A DNA stretch of 32,000 bases from Desulfobulbus propionicus DSM 2032 (GTDB taxonomy: Bacteria > Desulfobacterota > Desulfobulbia > Desulfobulbales > Desulfobulbaceae): NCBI RefSeq assembly GCF_000186885.1, contig NC_014972.1, positions 1,650,001 through 1,682,000 on the forward strand, in the 5' to 3' direction. How positions within the stretch are numbered: position 1 is the first letter of the stretch; each line of letters opens with the position of its first letter. This document shows positions 8,530 through 17,939 of the stretch, one piece after another. The position numbers and the translations under genes are program-made. The notes under the pieces were generated by a model. That model ran no database searches, was not told where the DNA came from, and worked only from the letters and a program-made list of their open reading frames with translations.

Positions 8530-10719
8530 TTGGATTGTTTACCCATGCACTGCTACCCAAAGACCATCGCCGATGAACTCGGCATACGACCCGCGCAGGT
8601 GGAGACCGTTGCCGCCCTGCTCGATGATGGCGCGACCATTCCGTTCATCGCCCGCTATCGCAAGGAGGCCACGGGGTGCCTCGATGAGCTGCAACTCGCC
8701 GCGATTCGCGATCGGCGGATCGAATTGGCCGAGGTGGACAAGCGGCGCTCGGCCATTCTCGCTTCCCTGGACGAGCGGGGAATCCTGGATGCGGCCTTGC
8801 GCCAGGCCGTCAACGCCGCCGCTGATCTGGCCGCCCTTGAAGATATCTATCTGCCATATCGGCCCAAGCGAAGAACCCGGGCGCAGATCGCCAGGGAAAA
8901 GGGCCTGGAGCCCCTGGCAGCACTGCTCCATGGTCAGAAGACGCAACCCATCGAGGTTGAAGCCTTTGTCAACCCCGAACAGGAGGTGGCCACGGTCGAG
9001 GAGGCGTTGAGTGGTGCCCGCGACATCATCGCCGAATGGATCAGTGAAGATGCCGCCATCCGTGCCCGGCTCCGGGACATTTTTCGGCATAAAGCCGTGA
9101 TCACCTCGACCGTGGTCAAGAACCAGGAAGAAAGCGGCGCTACGTTCAGGGATTATTTTCAGTGGCGGGAACCCGTGGGCAAGGCGGCCGGCCATCGGCT
9201 GCTGGCCATGTTCCGGGGGGAACAGGCAAAGGTGTTGAGTCTTTCCTTTCGTCCCCCTGAAAACGAGGCGTTGACGATCCTGCATCGCTGTGTTGTCCGT
9301 GCCAATGGCTTTGCCGGCCAGCAGGTGACCCTGGCTGTTGACGACAGTTACAAGCGGTTGCTCGCTCCCTCGCTGGAAAATGAACTGCGGACGCAGCTGA
9401 AGAAACAGGCTGACCAGGAGGCGATCGCGGTGTTTGCCGACAACCTCCGCGAATTGTTGCTCGCCCCGCCCCTGGGACAAAAGCGGACCATGGCCCTGGA
9501 TCCCGGGTTTCGCACCGGCGCGAAGCTGGTTTGTCTGGGCGAACAGGGCCAATTGCTCGATTGGACCACCATTTACCCCACGCTTTCCCGCGCGCAGCAG
9601 GAGGAAGCGGCGCAAACCGTGCTCCGGCTCTGCCGTCGCTACCGCATCGAGGCCATTGCCATCGGCAACGGCACGGCGAGCCGCGAGACCGAAGCCTTTG
9701 TCCGCGGCCTGGACCTGCCGTCAGAGGTGGTGGTCACCCTGGTCGATGAACGCGGCGCTTCCGTGTATTCCGCTTCCGAGGTCGCCCGCGCCGAATTTCC
9801 CGACCACGATATCACGGTGCGGGGCGCCGTTTCCATTGGCCGGCGGCTACAGGACCCGTTGGCCGAACTGGTCAAGCTCGATCCGAAGGCCATAGGCGTG
9901 GGGCAGTATCAGCACGATGTTCAGCAGAAAGCGCTCAAACAGAGCCTCGATGACGTGGTCGTCAGCTGCGTGAACAGGGTTGGCGTCGAGGTGAACAGTG
10001 CCAGCAAGGAGTTGCTTGCCTATGTCTCCGGGTTGGGGGGAACCCTGGCGGCCAACATCCTTGCCTACCGTCGGGAAAAGGGGCCGTTCACCGACCGGCG
10101 GCAACTGTTGCACGTACCCCGGCTCGGCAGGAAGGCCTTTGAGCAGTGCGCCGGTTTCTTGCGCATCCACGACGCCGCAAATCCCCTGGATCGCTCGGGG
10201 GTGCATCCCGAACGCTACGGCATCGTCGAACAAATGGCCAGGGAGTGCGGCTGTACGATCTCCGCGCTGATGGAAGAGGAACACCGGCGCCAACGCATCC
10301 AGCTCGATCGGTATGTCCAGGACGGGATCGGGCTGCCGACCCTGGAGGATATTCTAGCCGAACTCGGCAAACCGGGCCGCGATCCGCGACGATCCTTTGC
10401 CGCCTTTGCCTTTGCTCCGGGAATCGAGCGGCTGGAGGATTTGCGGGAGGGCATGCGCCTGCCCGGTATCGTCACCAATGTGACCAAGTTCGGTGCTTTT
10501 GTGGATATCGGCGTTCATCAGGACGGCCTTGTCCATATCAGTCAGTTGGCCGACCGGTATGTCAAGGATCCGGCGGAAGTGGTCAAGGTCCGCCAGCAGG
10601 TGCAGGTGCGCGTGCTGGAGGTGGATGTCAAGCGAAGGCGGATCGGGTTGTCGCTGCGCGCCACCCCTGCCGATCTGTCGAGCGTGACGGATTCATCGAG
10701 AACAAACGATAATGGTTAG
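8530..10719 (+). CDS. tex: Tex family RNA-binding transcriptional accessory protein with C-terminal S1 domain
   Basis: ATIPFIARYRKEATGCLDELQL, AL DPGFRTGAKLVCLGEQG region, SVYSASEVARAEFPDHDITVRGAVSIGRRLQDPLAELVKLDPKAIGVGQYQHDV, S1 region MRLPGIVTNVTKFGAFVDIGVHQDGLVHISQLADRYV. True start may be the Met at 8545. Confidence 0.95.
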   Translation: MDCLPMHCYPKTIADELGIRPAQVETVAALLDDGATIPFIARYRKEATGCLDELQLAAIRDRRIELAEVDKRRSAILASLDERGILDAALRQAVNAAADLAALEDIYLPYRPKRRTRAQIAREKGLEPLAALLHGQKTQPIEVEAFVNPEQEVATVEEALSGARDIIAEWISEDAAIRARLRDIFRHKAVITSTVVKNQEESGATFRDYFQWREPVGKAAGHRLLAMFRGEQAKVLSLSFRPPENEALTILHRCVVRANGFAGQQVTLAVDDSYKRLLAPSLENELRTQLKKQADQEAIAVFADNLRELLLAPPLGQKRTMALDPGFRTGAKLVCLGEQGQLLDWTTIYPTLSRAQQEEAAQTVLRLCRRYRIEAIAIGNGTASRETEAFVRGLDLPSEVVVTLVDERGASVYSASEVARAEFPDHDITVRGAVSIGRRLQDPLAELVKLDPKAIGVGQYQHDVQQKALKQSLDDVVVSCVNRVGVEVNSASKELLAYVSGLGGTLAANILAYRREKGPFTDRRQLLHVPRLGRKAFEQCAGFLRIHDAANPLDRSGVHPERYGIVEQMARECGCTISALMEEEHRRQRIQLDRYVQDGIGLPTLEDILAELGKPGRDPRRSFAAFAFAPGIERLEDLREGMRLPGIVTNVTKFGAFVDIGVHQDGLVHISQLADRYVKDPAEVVKVRQQVQVRVLEVDVKRRRIGLSLRATPADLSSVTDSSRTNDNG

Positions 10720-11372
10720 AGCCCGAGGTCCTCGTTGACCAGAATGATCTTGATCCTGCCTTTGGGGTGGGATTTCTGGGTAATGGTCCAGGTGTTGCAA
10801 ATGCGGTCCGGACTGTTGCAATCCATGCAGAAGGAGGTTTTGACGCACGGCATTTTCCAGCCAGTGTGGCGGATGGCGTTCATCGGCGCGCTGTAGGACT
10901 TGATCCGGTCCATGGCGTGCTGCACGGTTTGCACCAGCTTGTTGCGGCCGATGACCAGGACCACCGTCCGTGGGCCGAAGGTGATCGCGCCGACCCGGTT
11001 GCCGATCATGTCCAGGTTGACCAGTTCCCCTGTTTCGGTCACCGCGTTGGTGCCGGTGAGGAACAGATCCACCAGCAGGGCCTGCCGCCGCCGCTCGATC
11101 AGTTCTTCTCGCGGCACGCCCGGGGCAAAGGTCTCGATCAGGTTGATGGAGGGCATTTGCCGCAGCGCATCGAGGATGGCGGTGGCGTGCAGGCTCATCG
11201 AGTCCGCCCAGGAGGCGGATCGGACGGTCAGCTTCGGCAAGATGGCATCGAGAAAGAGCGTTCTCGCCTCGTCGCAATGTTGGGCGATGAAGACCTCGAA
11301 ATGATTCTTTTCCAGGGCGCTCTTGCACTGGGCGAGCCGCAGCTGCCAAAAAGCGGTTTGCCAGGTATCCAT
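10716..11372 (-). CDS. LUD domain (lactate utilization-like) protein
   Basis: RQALLVDLFLTGTNAVTETGELVNLDMIGNRVGAITFGPRTVVLVIGRNKLV...MPCVKTSFCMDC. Start at 11372 preferred over 11429. Confidence 0.85.
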   Translation of the reverse strand: MDTWQTAFWQLRLAQCKSALEKNHFEVFIAQHCDEARTLFLDAILPKLTVRSASWADSMSLHATAILDALRQMPSINLIETFAPGVPREELIERRRQALLVDLFLTGTNAVTETGELVNLDMIGNRVGAITFGPRTVVLVIGRNKLVQTVQHAMDRIKSYSAPMNAIRHTGWKMPCVKTSFCMDCNSPDRICNTWTITQKSHPKGRIKIILVNEDLGL

Positions 11373-11429
11373 GGTATTCCTTGTGATCCGGTTCTGTTTA
11401 AGGGGTGTGGTCGAAATGGCGTCTGGCAC

Positions 11430-12449
11430 TCATGGTGTGCCGGCGGCAAGACCAACCGGCCAGACGGCAAAGGTCTTGCCGGGTTTGTAACCAACCCCGC
11501 AGGCTCCCTTGCCGAGATACAGCACCCAGGCCCAGTCGGTTTCAAAAAAGCTGGTGGTGGAGGACCAATAACCATCCTCCAGTCCGGTGAAGGGATGGTC
11601 GGCGGGCAGGGCAGGGGAACAGGCAGCGCAGTCCACCAGGGAAGCCAGTTCGTTGATGGTCGGCAACCGCCATTGCCGTCCGTCGCCGGCACGCTCCCGC
11701 TTCCAGGCGGCAACCGACTCAAGGGCCTGTTGCCAGGCAATCGGCTCTCCCCGCAGATCGGCATGTTTCGCCCACCACAGGTTGGTCAGGTGATCGTGCA
11801 CCACCTCCCCGGCAACACTAAATCGGGGAATGGGCCAGGGGGCTCCGAGGCGCAAGGCACCGTCCTGGCCGCTGCCGCTCCCGTTCATTTCCCGGCCCTG
11901 GACATCAAAACAGCGCCGCTGCCCGGTTTGGGGAAGCAGCCCGTTGCCTGTTCCACGCACCGGCCAGAACAAAGAGGCTTGGTCCTTGCGACTGTAAAAC
12001 ATCCGCGCCCCTTCGAGATGCACGGCCCAGGCATAGGCCGGATTGATGGCGGCGGTGGTCGATGACCAGTACCAGCCGAGAAAAGGGTGAACAAAGGGGT
12101 GGTCCTCGGGCAGGGCCGGCTTTTTCGCCTGATAGCTCATCAGGCTGCGCAACTCGTTGCGGTTGGGCAGGCGCCAGTCCCCATGCCCGCCATACTGTTG
12201 CCGATTCAACTCGTCGATCTGTTCAAAGGCCTCCAGCCAGGTGCAGGGAAAACCGCCGATAGTGGCATCGAGCGTCCAGGTCAGGCCGGTCAGTTGATCG
12301 ACCGCCACATCGCCCCGCACGGTGAAGCGGGGTGACGGCCACGGCGCGCCCCGGAGAAATTCGCCGTCCTGGCCGCTGCCGGAACAGTCGATCTCCTGAC
12401 CGCTTGCGTTGTAACAACGGGTCTGGCCGGTGTGCAGCACATGCAGCAT
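11430..12449 (-). CDS. DUF1566 (Lcl-like) domain protein with two tandem homologous domains
   Basis: GQTRCYNASGQEIDCSGSGQDGEFLRGAPWPSPRF...GDWRLPNRNELRSL...YWSST and GQRRCFDVQGREMNGSGSGQDGALRLGAPWPIPRF...RQWRLPTINELASL...YWSST. Start at 12449 avoids overlap with the hemerythrin gene. Confidence 0.8.
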   Translation of the reverse strand: MLHVLHTGQTRCYNASGQEIDCSGSGQDGEFLRGAPWPSPRFTVRGDVAVDQLTGLTWTLDATIGGFPCTWLEAFEQIDELNRQQYGGHGDWRLPNRNELRSLMSYQAKKPALPEDHPFVHPFLGWYWSSTTAAINPAYAWAVHLEGARMFYSRKDQASLFWPVRGTGNGLLPQTGQRRCFDVQGREMNGSGSGQDGALRLGAPWPIPRFSVAGEVVHDHLTNLWWAKHADLRGEPIAWQQALESVAAWKRERAGDGRQWRLPTINELASLVDCAACSPALPADHPFTGLEDGYWSSTTSFFETDWAWVLYLGKGACGVGYKPGKTFAVWPVGLAAGTP

Positions 12450-12498
12450 GTCGTTCGAGGCGTTAGCGCGGGAAATGGGCGGAATGCCGGTTTCGCTG

Positions 12499-13053
12499 TC
12501 AGCGCAGGTACAGCCGAACCATCTGTTCGAGAAAGGCGTGGAACTGCTCATGGGTGCCCTGGCCGATTCGCTCCTCTTCCAAGCGCTCAAAGGCCTGAAA
12601 AAGTTCCGCGTCCTTGTTGCCGTCCAGCTTGTCGGCCGCCAACACGAACAGGACCGAATTTTCCTTGTCGATATGCTGAAGCAAAAGTGTTTGGTATTCC
12701 TCGGCTATCGACGCGAAGGCTGCCTTGGCCGCGGCATCGCCTGCGCGCAGCGCGCTCAAGGCCTCTTGCATGCCGACGACCAGCACCCGCCCGCGCGCAT
12801 GTTCGTTCAACATAACGCCGATCGGACCGCCTTCCCGGGGGACACCGACCGCCTCCAGGGCAGGAAAGAGATACTCTTCTTCCTTCCCGTGGTGGCAGTG
12901 ATCGACGAACACGGTGAAAAACTCCATCATGCGGTCGAGATGGGCCTGCTCGACCGGCTCGTTGGCGCCCAGTTTGCGCCCAAGGACGCCGAGCACCTGC
13001 AACATCAGCTGAATACCGTGATGTTCCTTGCGCAATTCATCGGTCGCTTGCAT
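12499..13053 (-). CDS. Hemerythrin HHE domain-containing protein
   Basis: ELRKEHHGIQLMLQVL...FFTVFVDHCHHGKEEEYLFPALE...NEHARGR...HIDKENSVLF. Confidence 0.9.
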   Translation of the reverse strand: MQATDELRKEHHGIQLMLQVLGVLGRKLGANEPVEQAHLDRMMEFFTVFVDHCHHGKEEEYLFPALEAVGVPREGGPIGVMLNEHARGRVLVVGMQEALSALRAGDAAAKAAFASIAEEYQTLLLQHIDKENSVLFVLAADKLDGNKDAELFQAFERLEEERIGQGTHEQFHAFLEQMVRLYLR

Positions 13054-13456
13054 CGTCTTCTCCTTTGGTGTCGGTGTTTGCTCGAAACAGCAGATACTCC
13101 TTCAAGGCAACGGCCTGATTGTGCTGGATGTCCCGCGCGGCGAAGAGCAGGGTGAGTCCCCGCTCCCTGGCCAGTTCGAGCAGAAGGTTGGTTATCTCGG
13201 GTTTGGCACGCAGCTCGGCTGTGTAGCGGGCCTTGAACTCTTCCCATTTATCTGGGTCGTGATGGAACCATGTGCGCAGCTGATCGCTGGGTGCAACCTC
13301 GCGCAGCCACTGATCCGCCTTGAGCTTGTCCCTTCCGACGCCCCGCGGCCAGACGCGGTCCACCAGAACACGTACCCCGTCGTCCGGTCCAACGGGATCG
13401 TATACCCGCTTGAGGGTGATACGCGGTTTGGGATGATCGATCGGCGCTTGAGGCAT
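13037..13456 (-). CDS. DUF488 family protein
   Basis: ITLKRVYDPVGPDDGVRVLVDRVWPRGVGRDKLKADQWLREVAPSDQLRTWFHHDPDKWEEFKARY. Confidence 0.9.
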   Translation of the reverse strand: MPQAPIDHPKPRITLKRVYDPVGPDDGVRVLVDRVWPRGVGRDKLKADQWLREVAPSDQLRTWFHHDPDKWEEFKARYTAELRAKPEITNLLLELARERGLTLLFAARDIQHNQAVALKEYLLFRANTDTKGEDDASDR

Positions 13457-13462
13457 TGGTGG

Positions 13463-14641
13463 TCAGCGGAAACCGTTTGCCCGATGGTTCTGGGCAATGG
13501 CCTCGGCCAAGCGGTCGAGGGCGGCAAAGGCCTCCTGGTCGGGCATCCCCTTGCACAGCACCGGGTCCAGGACCTCCACTTTAAGGTTGCCAATCATGCC
13601 GGCCAGGGTTTCCACGGTCTTGCCGCCCCAGCCATAGGAACCGATAACGGACAGATAACGCGCCTTGGGGCGCAAGGCATTGGCCAGGAAGGTGGCATGG
13701 GCCGCAAGCGGGTGCGGTCCAGCCAGAACGGTTGGGGTGCCAACGACAATGGTGGCCGCGTCGATCAGGGCCATGGCCAGTTTGCCGATGTCGCTGACCG
13801 CCAGGTTGAACAGTTCGACGCGAACGTTTCGGGCGACCAGGGCCGCTGTCAGGTAATCGACCATGCTCCGGGTGCTGCCGTGCATGGACACAAAGGGCAG
13901 AACCACCAGGTTGTGGGGCGGATGCTGGACCCAGTCGCGATAGGCCTCGAGGATCCAGGCCGGTTGGTCGTAGAGTTGCCCATGACTCGGGGCAATCATG
14001 TCCACGGCGTAATCGCTCAGTTTGTCCAGGTTTTTGGCGATGATCGCGCGAAAGGGCAGCATGATCTCGCCAAAGTACCGCTTCGCCGCCTCATAGACCC
14101 GGCCTTGGTCGGTGACGAACAGGTCGCTGGCGGCGATGTGGGACCCGAAGAAGTCGCAGCTGAACAGAATCCGATCTTCCTCCAGATAGGTGACCATGGT
14201 TTCCGGCCAGTGGACCCAGGGCGTATGGAGAAAACGCAGCGTTTTGCCGCCGAGCGACAGGGTCTCGCCGTCGGCAACGGCGACAATGACATCTTCGGCC
14301 AGGTGGAGGTGCTCCATGAGCAGGGTCTTGGCCTTGGCGGTGGCGAGCACCTTGGCCTGGGGAAACCGCTGGAGCAGCAGGGGGATGGTGCCGGAGTGGT
14401 CTTGCTCGGTGTGATGGGAAACGATGAAATCGATCGTGGCGACATCCCGCAGCTGGTGCAGCAAGATATCTGCCATGGCGGGATCGACCGCGTCCAGCAG
14501 CACGGTCTTGTCGCTGCCTTGGATCAGGTAGGCGTTGTAGGAGGTGCCGTCGGGAAGCGGAATAAGGGAGTCGAACAGGCGCCGGTCCCAATCGACCGCG
14601 CCCAGCCAATAGATGTTGTCCTTGATTAGTCGTTTGTCCAC
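13463..14641 (-). CDS. FprA-family A-type flavoprotein (flavodiiron protein), probable GTG start
   Basis: DATIDFIVSHHTEQDHSGTIPLLLQRFPQAKVLATAKAK...HWPETMVTYLEEDRILFSCDFFGSH...SMHGSTRSMVDYLTAALV...GTPTVLAGPHPLAAHATFLANAL...GSYGWGGKTVE. Confidence 0.95.
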   Translation of the reverse strand: MDKRLIKDNIYWLGAVDWDRRLFDSLIPLPDGTSYNAYLIQGSDKTVLLDAVDPAMADILLHQLRDVATIDFIVSHHTEQDHSGTIPLLLQRFPQAKVLATAKAKTLLMEHLHLAEDVIVAVADGETLSLGGKTLRFLHTPWVHWPETMVTYLEEDRILFSCDFFGSHIAASDLFVTDQGRVYEAAKRYFGEIMLPFRAIIAKNLDKLSDYAVDMIAPSHGQLYDQPAWILEAYRDWVQHPPHNLVVLPFVSMHGSTRSMVDYLTAALVARNVRVELFNLAVSDIGKLAMALIDAATIVVGTPTVLAGPHPLAAHATFLANALRPKARYLSVIGSYGWGGKTVETLAGMIGNLKVEVLDPVLCKGMPDQEAFAALDRLAEAIAQNHRANGFR

Positions 14642-14720
14642 GGTTTCACCTCATGATGTGAATGGAAAATGAAAAAACGGCAAAGGGACCGCACGTCCGG
14701 CACCGGACAAGAAACAGCGT

Positions 14721-15155
14721 CTATGCGGCCGGGTCGGGAGCCCCGCTCTCGCAGGCCGCGAGGCGTTGCTTCAGCTCCTTTTCCCGTTGCCAGCGCACTG
14801 TCACATCCCGCATGATCGAGGCGCATCCCTCCAAATCGCCCTGGGCATCGCGCAGCAGCACGATACTGAATTCCAGCGACAGACGGCTGCCGTCCTTGCG
14901 AACACCCGGAGAGGTCAGCAGTCCGGTGGTGTATTTCGTCCGGCCGGAGGCCATGACCCGGTAGTACCCTTCCCAGTGACGGGCGCGCAGCTTCTCGGGA
15001 ATGATGAGGTCCAGAGACTGCCCCCGGGCCTCGGCGGCGGTATGGCCAAACATCTGTTCGGCGCCATGATTCCAGAACCGGATTGTGCCGTCGCGGTCGG
15101 CAATGAGGATCGCGTCCGGAGCGTGGTCGAGCAGTTGCTGAAACAGGTGGTCCAT
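14721..15155 (-). CDS. PAS domain protein (single PAS sensor module, no output domain)
   Basis: MDHLFQQLLDHAPDAILIADRDGTIRFWNHGAEQMFGHTAAEARGQSLDLIIPEKLRARHWEGYYRVM; could start at 15182. Confidence 0.85.
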   Translation of the reverse strand: MDHLFQQLLDHAPDAILIADRDGTIRFWNHGAEQMFGHTAAEARGQSLDLIIPEKLRARHWEGYYRVMASGRTKYTTGLLTSPGVRKDGSRLSLEFSIVLLRDAQGDLEGCASIMRDVTVRWQREKELKQRLAACESGAPDPAA

Positions 15156-15340
15156 GGTTCGTCCCCGAAGTAGGTTGTTCAAGCGGGATGAGAAGGGCCG
15201 GAAAAACAGGCGACCTGCCCGGTGAAAACCTTGGCGGTGTCCATGGTCTTCCGGCGAAAACGCGCCAGGCGGTTCCCCATGGACGGGGTGCGGCCTGGCG
15301 TGCCGACAGGTGAGGTTGCCCCAGCGGCATCGATGGGCGG

Positions 15341-15535
15341 TTAGTCCTCCTCGTTGCTGATGCAGCTGGCCGGGCAGGAGGCTATCGCCTCGTCGATGCA
15401 GTCTTGGTTGCCTCCCTCGGGAGTGGTGACGTAGGCCTTGTTATCCTCGTCATTCATGGCAAATACATCCGGGCACAGTTCCACGCAAGCGCCACAGCCG
15501 AGACATTCTTCCTGATCGATTTTTACCTGCTTCAT
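15341..15535 (-). CDS. Ferredoxin
   Basis: IDQEECLGCGACVELCPDVFAM...IDEAIASCPASCIS; single CxxCxxC...C cluster motif. Confidence 0.92.
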   Translation of the reverse strand: MKQVKIDQEECLGCGACVELCPDVFAMNDEDNKAYVTTPEGGNQDCIDEAIASCPASCISNEED

Positions 15536-15613
15536 GCTGGTTCTCCATTGGATGGGAATTGATGAGGGAGGGCCATGGTGCCACCGCAGCCCTCCGGGAT
15601 GCTCCGAACAAGA

Positions 15614-17242
15614 TCAGCCAAGGATGGTCTTGAGATCCGCCTCCGGGGTATCGATGGGTTTGATGTTGAAGGTATCCACCAGGAACTGGAGCACGGCCGG
15701 GGTGATGAAGGCCGGCAGCGACGGTCCAAGGCGGATGTCCTTGACGCCAAGGTACAGCAGGGTGAGGAGAATGGCCACCGCCTTCTGCTCGTACCAGGAG
15801 AGCACCATCGACAGCGGCAGGTCGTTGACGCCGCAGTCAAAGGCCTTGGCCAGGGCCACGGCGATCTGGATGGCCGAGTAGGCGTCGTTGCACTGGCCCA
15901 CGTCCAAGAGGCGCGGGATGCCGCCGATGTCGCCCATCTGCTTGTCAAAGAAGCGGAACTTGCCGCAGGCGAGCGTCAGCACCACGCAGTCCTTGGGCAC
16001 CTGCTCGACAAAGCGGGTGAAGTAGTCGCGGCCGGGCTTGGCGCCGTCGCAGCCGCCCACCAGGAAGAAGTGGCGGATGGCCTTGGATTTCACCGCCTCG
16101 ATCACCTTGTCGGCCACACCGAGCACCGCGTTGCGGCCAAAACCGACCAGCACCTGGCCGTTGTCGACGTCATCGGTGAACCCCGGCATGGCCAGGGCCA
16201 TGGCCACCACCGGCGAATAATCCTTGTCGCTGATGTGCTTGACGCCCGGCCAGCCGACCAGGCCGTTGGTGAACACCCGGTCCTTGTAGACCTCGCTCGG
16301 CTTCTGGATGCAGTTGGTGGTGAACAGGATCGGTCCCGGAAAGGTGGGGAACTCTTTTTGCTGATTCTGCCAGGCGGTGCCGAAGTGGCCGTAAAAATGG
16401 GGATATTTCTTCAGCTCCGGATAGCCGTGACAGGGCAGCATCTCGCCGTGGGTGTAGATGTCGATGCCCTTGCCCTCGGTCTGCTGCAACAGCAGTTCCA
16501 GGTCGTGGAGGTCGTGGCCGGTGATGAGGATGCACTTGTTCTTGCGATGGCCGAGCGGCACCGGGGTGGGCACCGGATGACCATAGGTGCCGGTGTTGCC
16601 GGCATCGAGCAGCTCCATGGCCTTGAGGTTGATCTCGCCGGCCTTCATGGCCACGGGCACGCACTGCTCGACGGTCAGTCCCTGGGCCAGGAGCGCGGTC
16701 AGGGCCTCGTAGCAGAAGGCGGCCACGGCCGGATCGGTTTGGCCGAGGATGGCGGCGTGATCGGCATAGGCGGCGATGCCCTTGAGGCCGTAGAGCAGGG
16801 TCTGCTTGAGCGAGCGGATGTTGACGTCGCTATCCAGGGATTCGATCAGATTCAGGGCCTTGCCCTGGGCGGCCAGTTCGGCGACCGTGCCGGCCGGGAT
16901 GAAGGTGGCGGGTGCCTCGGTGAACTCGGTGGTGCCGCCGGCAATCCCCACCTTGGCCTTCATGGCCTCGCGCAGCTCGACCGCCCGCTGGATCAGGGCG
17001 ACAAAGCGTTCCGGATCGAAATCGACGTTGGTCAGGGTGGAAAAGATGGCCTCAAAGGTAAACAGGTCGGTGGCCTGGTCGACAATGCCCAGTTTCCGTC
17101 CTTCGTGGGCATAGAGGGCCAGCCCCTGGAGGGCATGGATCAGCAGATCCTGTAGATCGGCAACCTCCTCGTTCTTGCCGCATACCCCGGCGATGTTGCA
17201 TCCGATCCCCTTGGCCGTCTGTTCACACTGGTTACAAAACAT
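15614..17242 (-). CDS. hcp: Hydroxylamine reductase / hybrid-cluster protein
   Basis: MFCNQCEQTAKGIGCNIAGVCGKNEEVADLQDLL, TNCIQKPSEVYKDRVFTNGLVGWPGVKHI, LTLACGKFRFFDKQMGDIGGIPRLLDVGQCNDAYSAIQIA, LSWYEQKAVAILLTLLYLGVKDIRLGPSLP. Confidence 0.97.
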   Translation of the reverse strand: MFCNQCEQTAKGIGCNIAGVCGKNEEVADLQDLLIHALQGLALYAHEGRKLGIVDQATDLFTFEAIFSTLTNVDFDPERFVALIQRAVELREAMKAKVGIAGGTTEFTEAPATFIPAGTVAELAAQGKALNLIESLDSDVNIRSLKQTLLYGLKGIAAYADHAAILGQTDPAVAAFCYEALTALLAQGLTVEQCVPVAMKAGEINLKAMELLDAGNTGTYGHPVPTPVPLGHRKNKCILITGHDLHDLELLLQQTEGKGIDIYTHGEMLPCHGYPELKKYPHFYGHFGTAWQNQQKEFPTFPGPILFTTNCIQKPSEVYKDRVFTNGLVGWPGVKHISDKDYSPVVAMALAMPGFTDDVDNGQVLVGFGRNAVLGVADKVIEAVKSKAIRHFFLVGGCDGAKPGRDYFTRFVEQVPKDCVVLTLACGKFRFFDKQMGDIGGIPRLLDVGQCNDAYSAIQIAVALAKAFDCGVNDLPLSMVLSWYEQKAVAILLTLLYLGVKDIRLGPSLPAFITPAVLQFLVDTFNIKPIDTPEADLKTILG

Positions 17243-17357
17243 GGCACTCCTCCTTGTTTGGTTGTGTTGCTCTCTTCGTCCCTCTTGGCCGACCGCGGCT
17301 TGTTGCCGCTGGTTCTATGGTAAGGGTTTTCTGCTCTCTCTCAATGAAATAATGGGC

Positions 17358-17398
17358 AAAAAAACAAAAACAGCGGCGGTGACATGGTCTTCACCGCC
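17358..17398 (-). terminator. Rho-independent terminator of the HPP gene, overlapping its stop codon
   Basis: Minus strand: ggcggtga-agaccatg-tcaccgcc (perfect 8-bp stem, 8-nt loop) then gctgtttttgttttttt. Confidence 0.88.
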
Positions 17399-17930
17399 AA
17401 AAATCCGGATATTTGCGTGTTTTGGGAATATTGTTGATCAGCAGGGCGATGATCAGCATGATGCAGGCGCCCACAGCGGCCGGCATGACTACATAGAGAT
17501 AGCCCAGCCGATGGACGCTGTCGCCGCCGATCACCGCGATCAGGGCGGTGGCGCCGCCAGGTGGATGCAGGGTCCGGGTGAGATGCATGAGGGCGATCGA
17601 GGTGGACACTGCAACCGCCGCCGCCAGCCAAGGCGTGCCGCCGAGCAGTTTATAAGCGGTCACACCGATAAGCGCCGACAGCACATGGCCGCCGAGCAGG
17701 TTGCGCGGCTGCGCCAGGGGGCTGCGGACAGCGCCGTAGATGAGCACGGCCGAAGCGCCGAACGAGCCGATGAGCAGGGTCAATCCCTGCGGATCGACAA
17801 GCCGGTGGTGCACAAGGGCCACCACCGCGATGCCGAGAAAACTACCGATCCATGACCAGCATACCTCGCCCAGGCTCACCCGGGGCGGGTTTTGCCCCTT
17901 GTTGCCGCGCATTTTGTGCAGATAGTTCAT
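17391..17930 (-). CDS. HPP family membrane protein
   Basis: SWIGSFLGIAVVALVHHRLVDPQGLTLLIGSFGASAVLIYGAVRSPLAQPRNLLGGHVLSALIGVTAYKL...HLTRTLHPPGGATALIAVIGG. Confidence 0.93.
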   Translation of the reverse strand: MNYLHKMRGNKGQNPPRVSLGEVCWSWIGSFLGIAVVALVHHRLVDPQGLTLLIGSFGASAVLIYGAVRSPLAQPRNLLGGHVLSALIGVTAYKLLGGTPWLAAAVAVSTSIALMHLTRTLHPPGGATALIAVIGGDSVHRLGYLYVVMPAAVGACIMLIIALLINNIPKTRKYPDFWR

Positions 17931-17939
17931 GGCGATCCT

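Noticed and set aside
8539-9615. 358-aa minus-strand ORF opposite tex
   Set aside because: Antisense shadow of a strongly conserved coding gene in high-GC DNA.
10767-12065. 432-aa plus-strand ORF
   Set aside because: Antisense to the LUD and DUF1566 genes; composition typical of a shadow frame.
13028-14629. 533-aa plus-strand ORF
   Set aside because: Antisense to DUF488 and the flavodiiron protein, both clearly recognisable.
15575-17155. 526-aa plus-strand ORF
   Set aside because: Antisense to hcp, whose protein is unambiguous.
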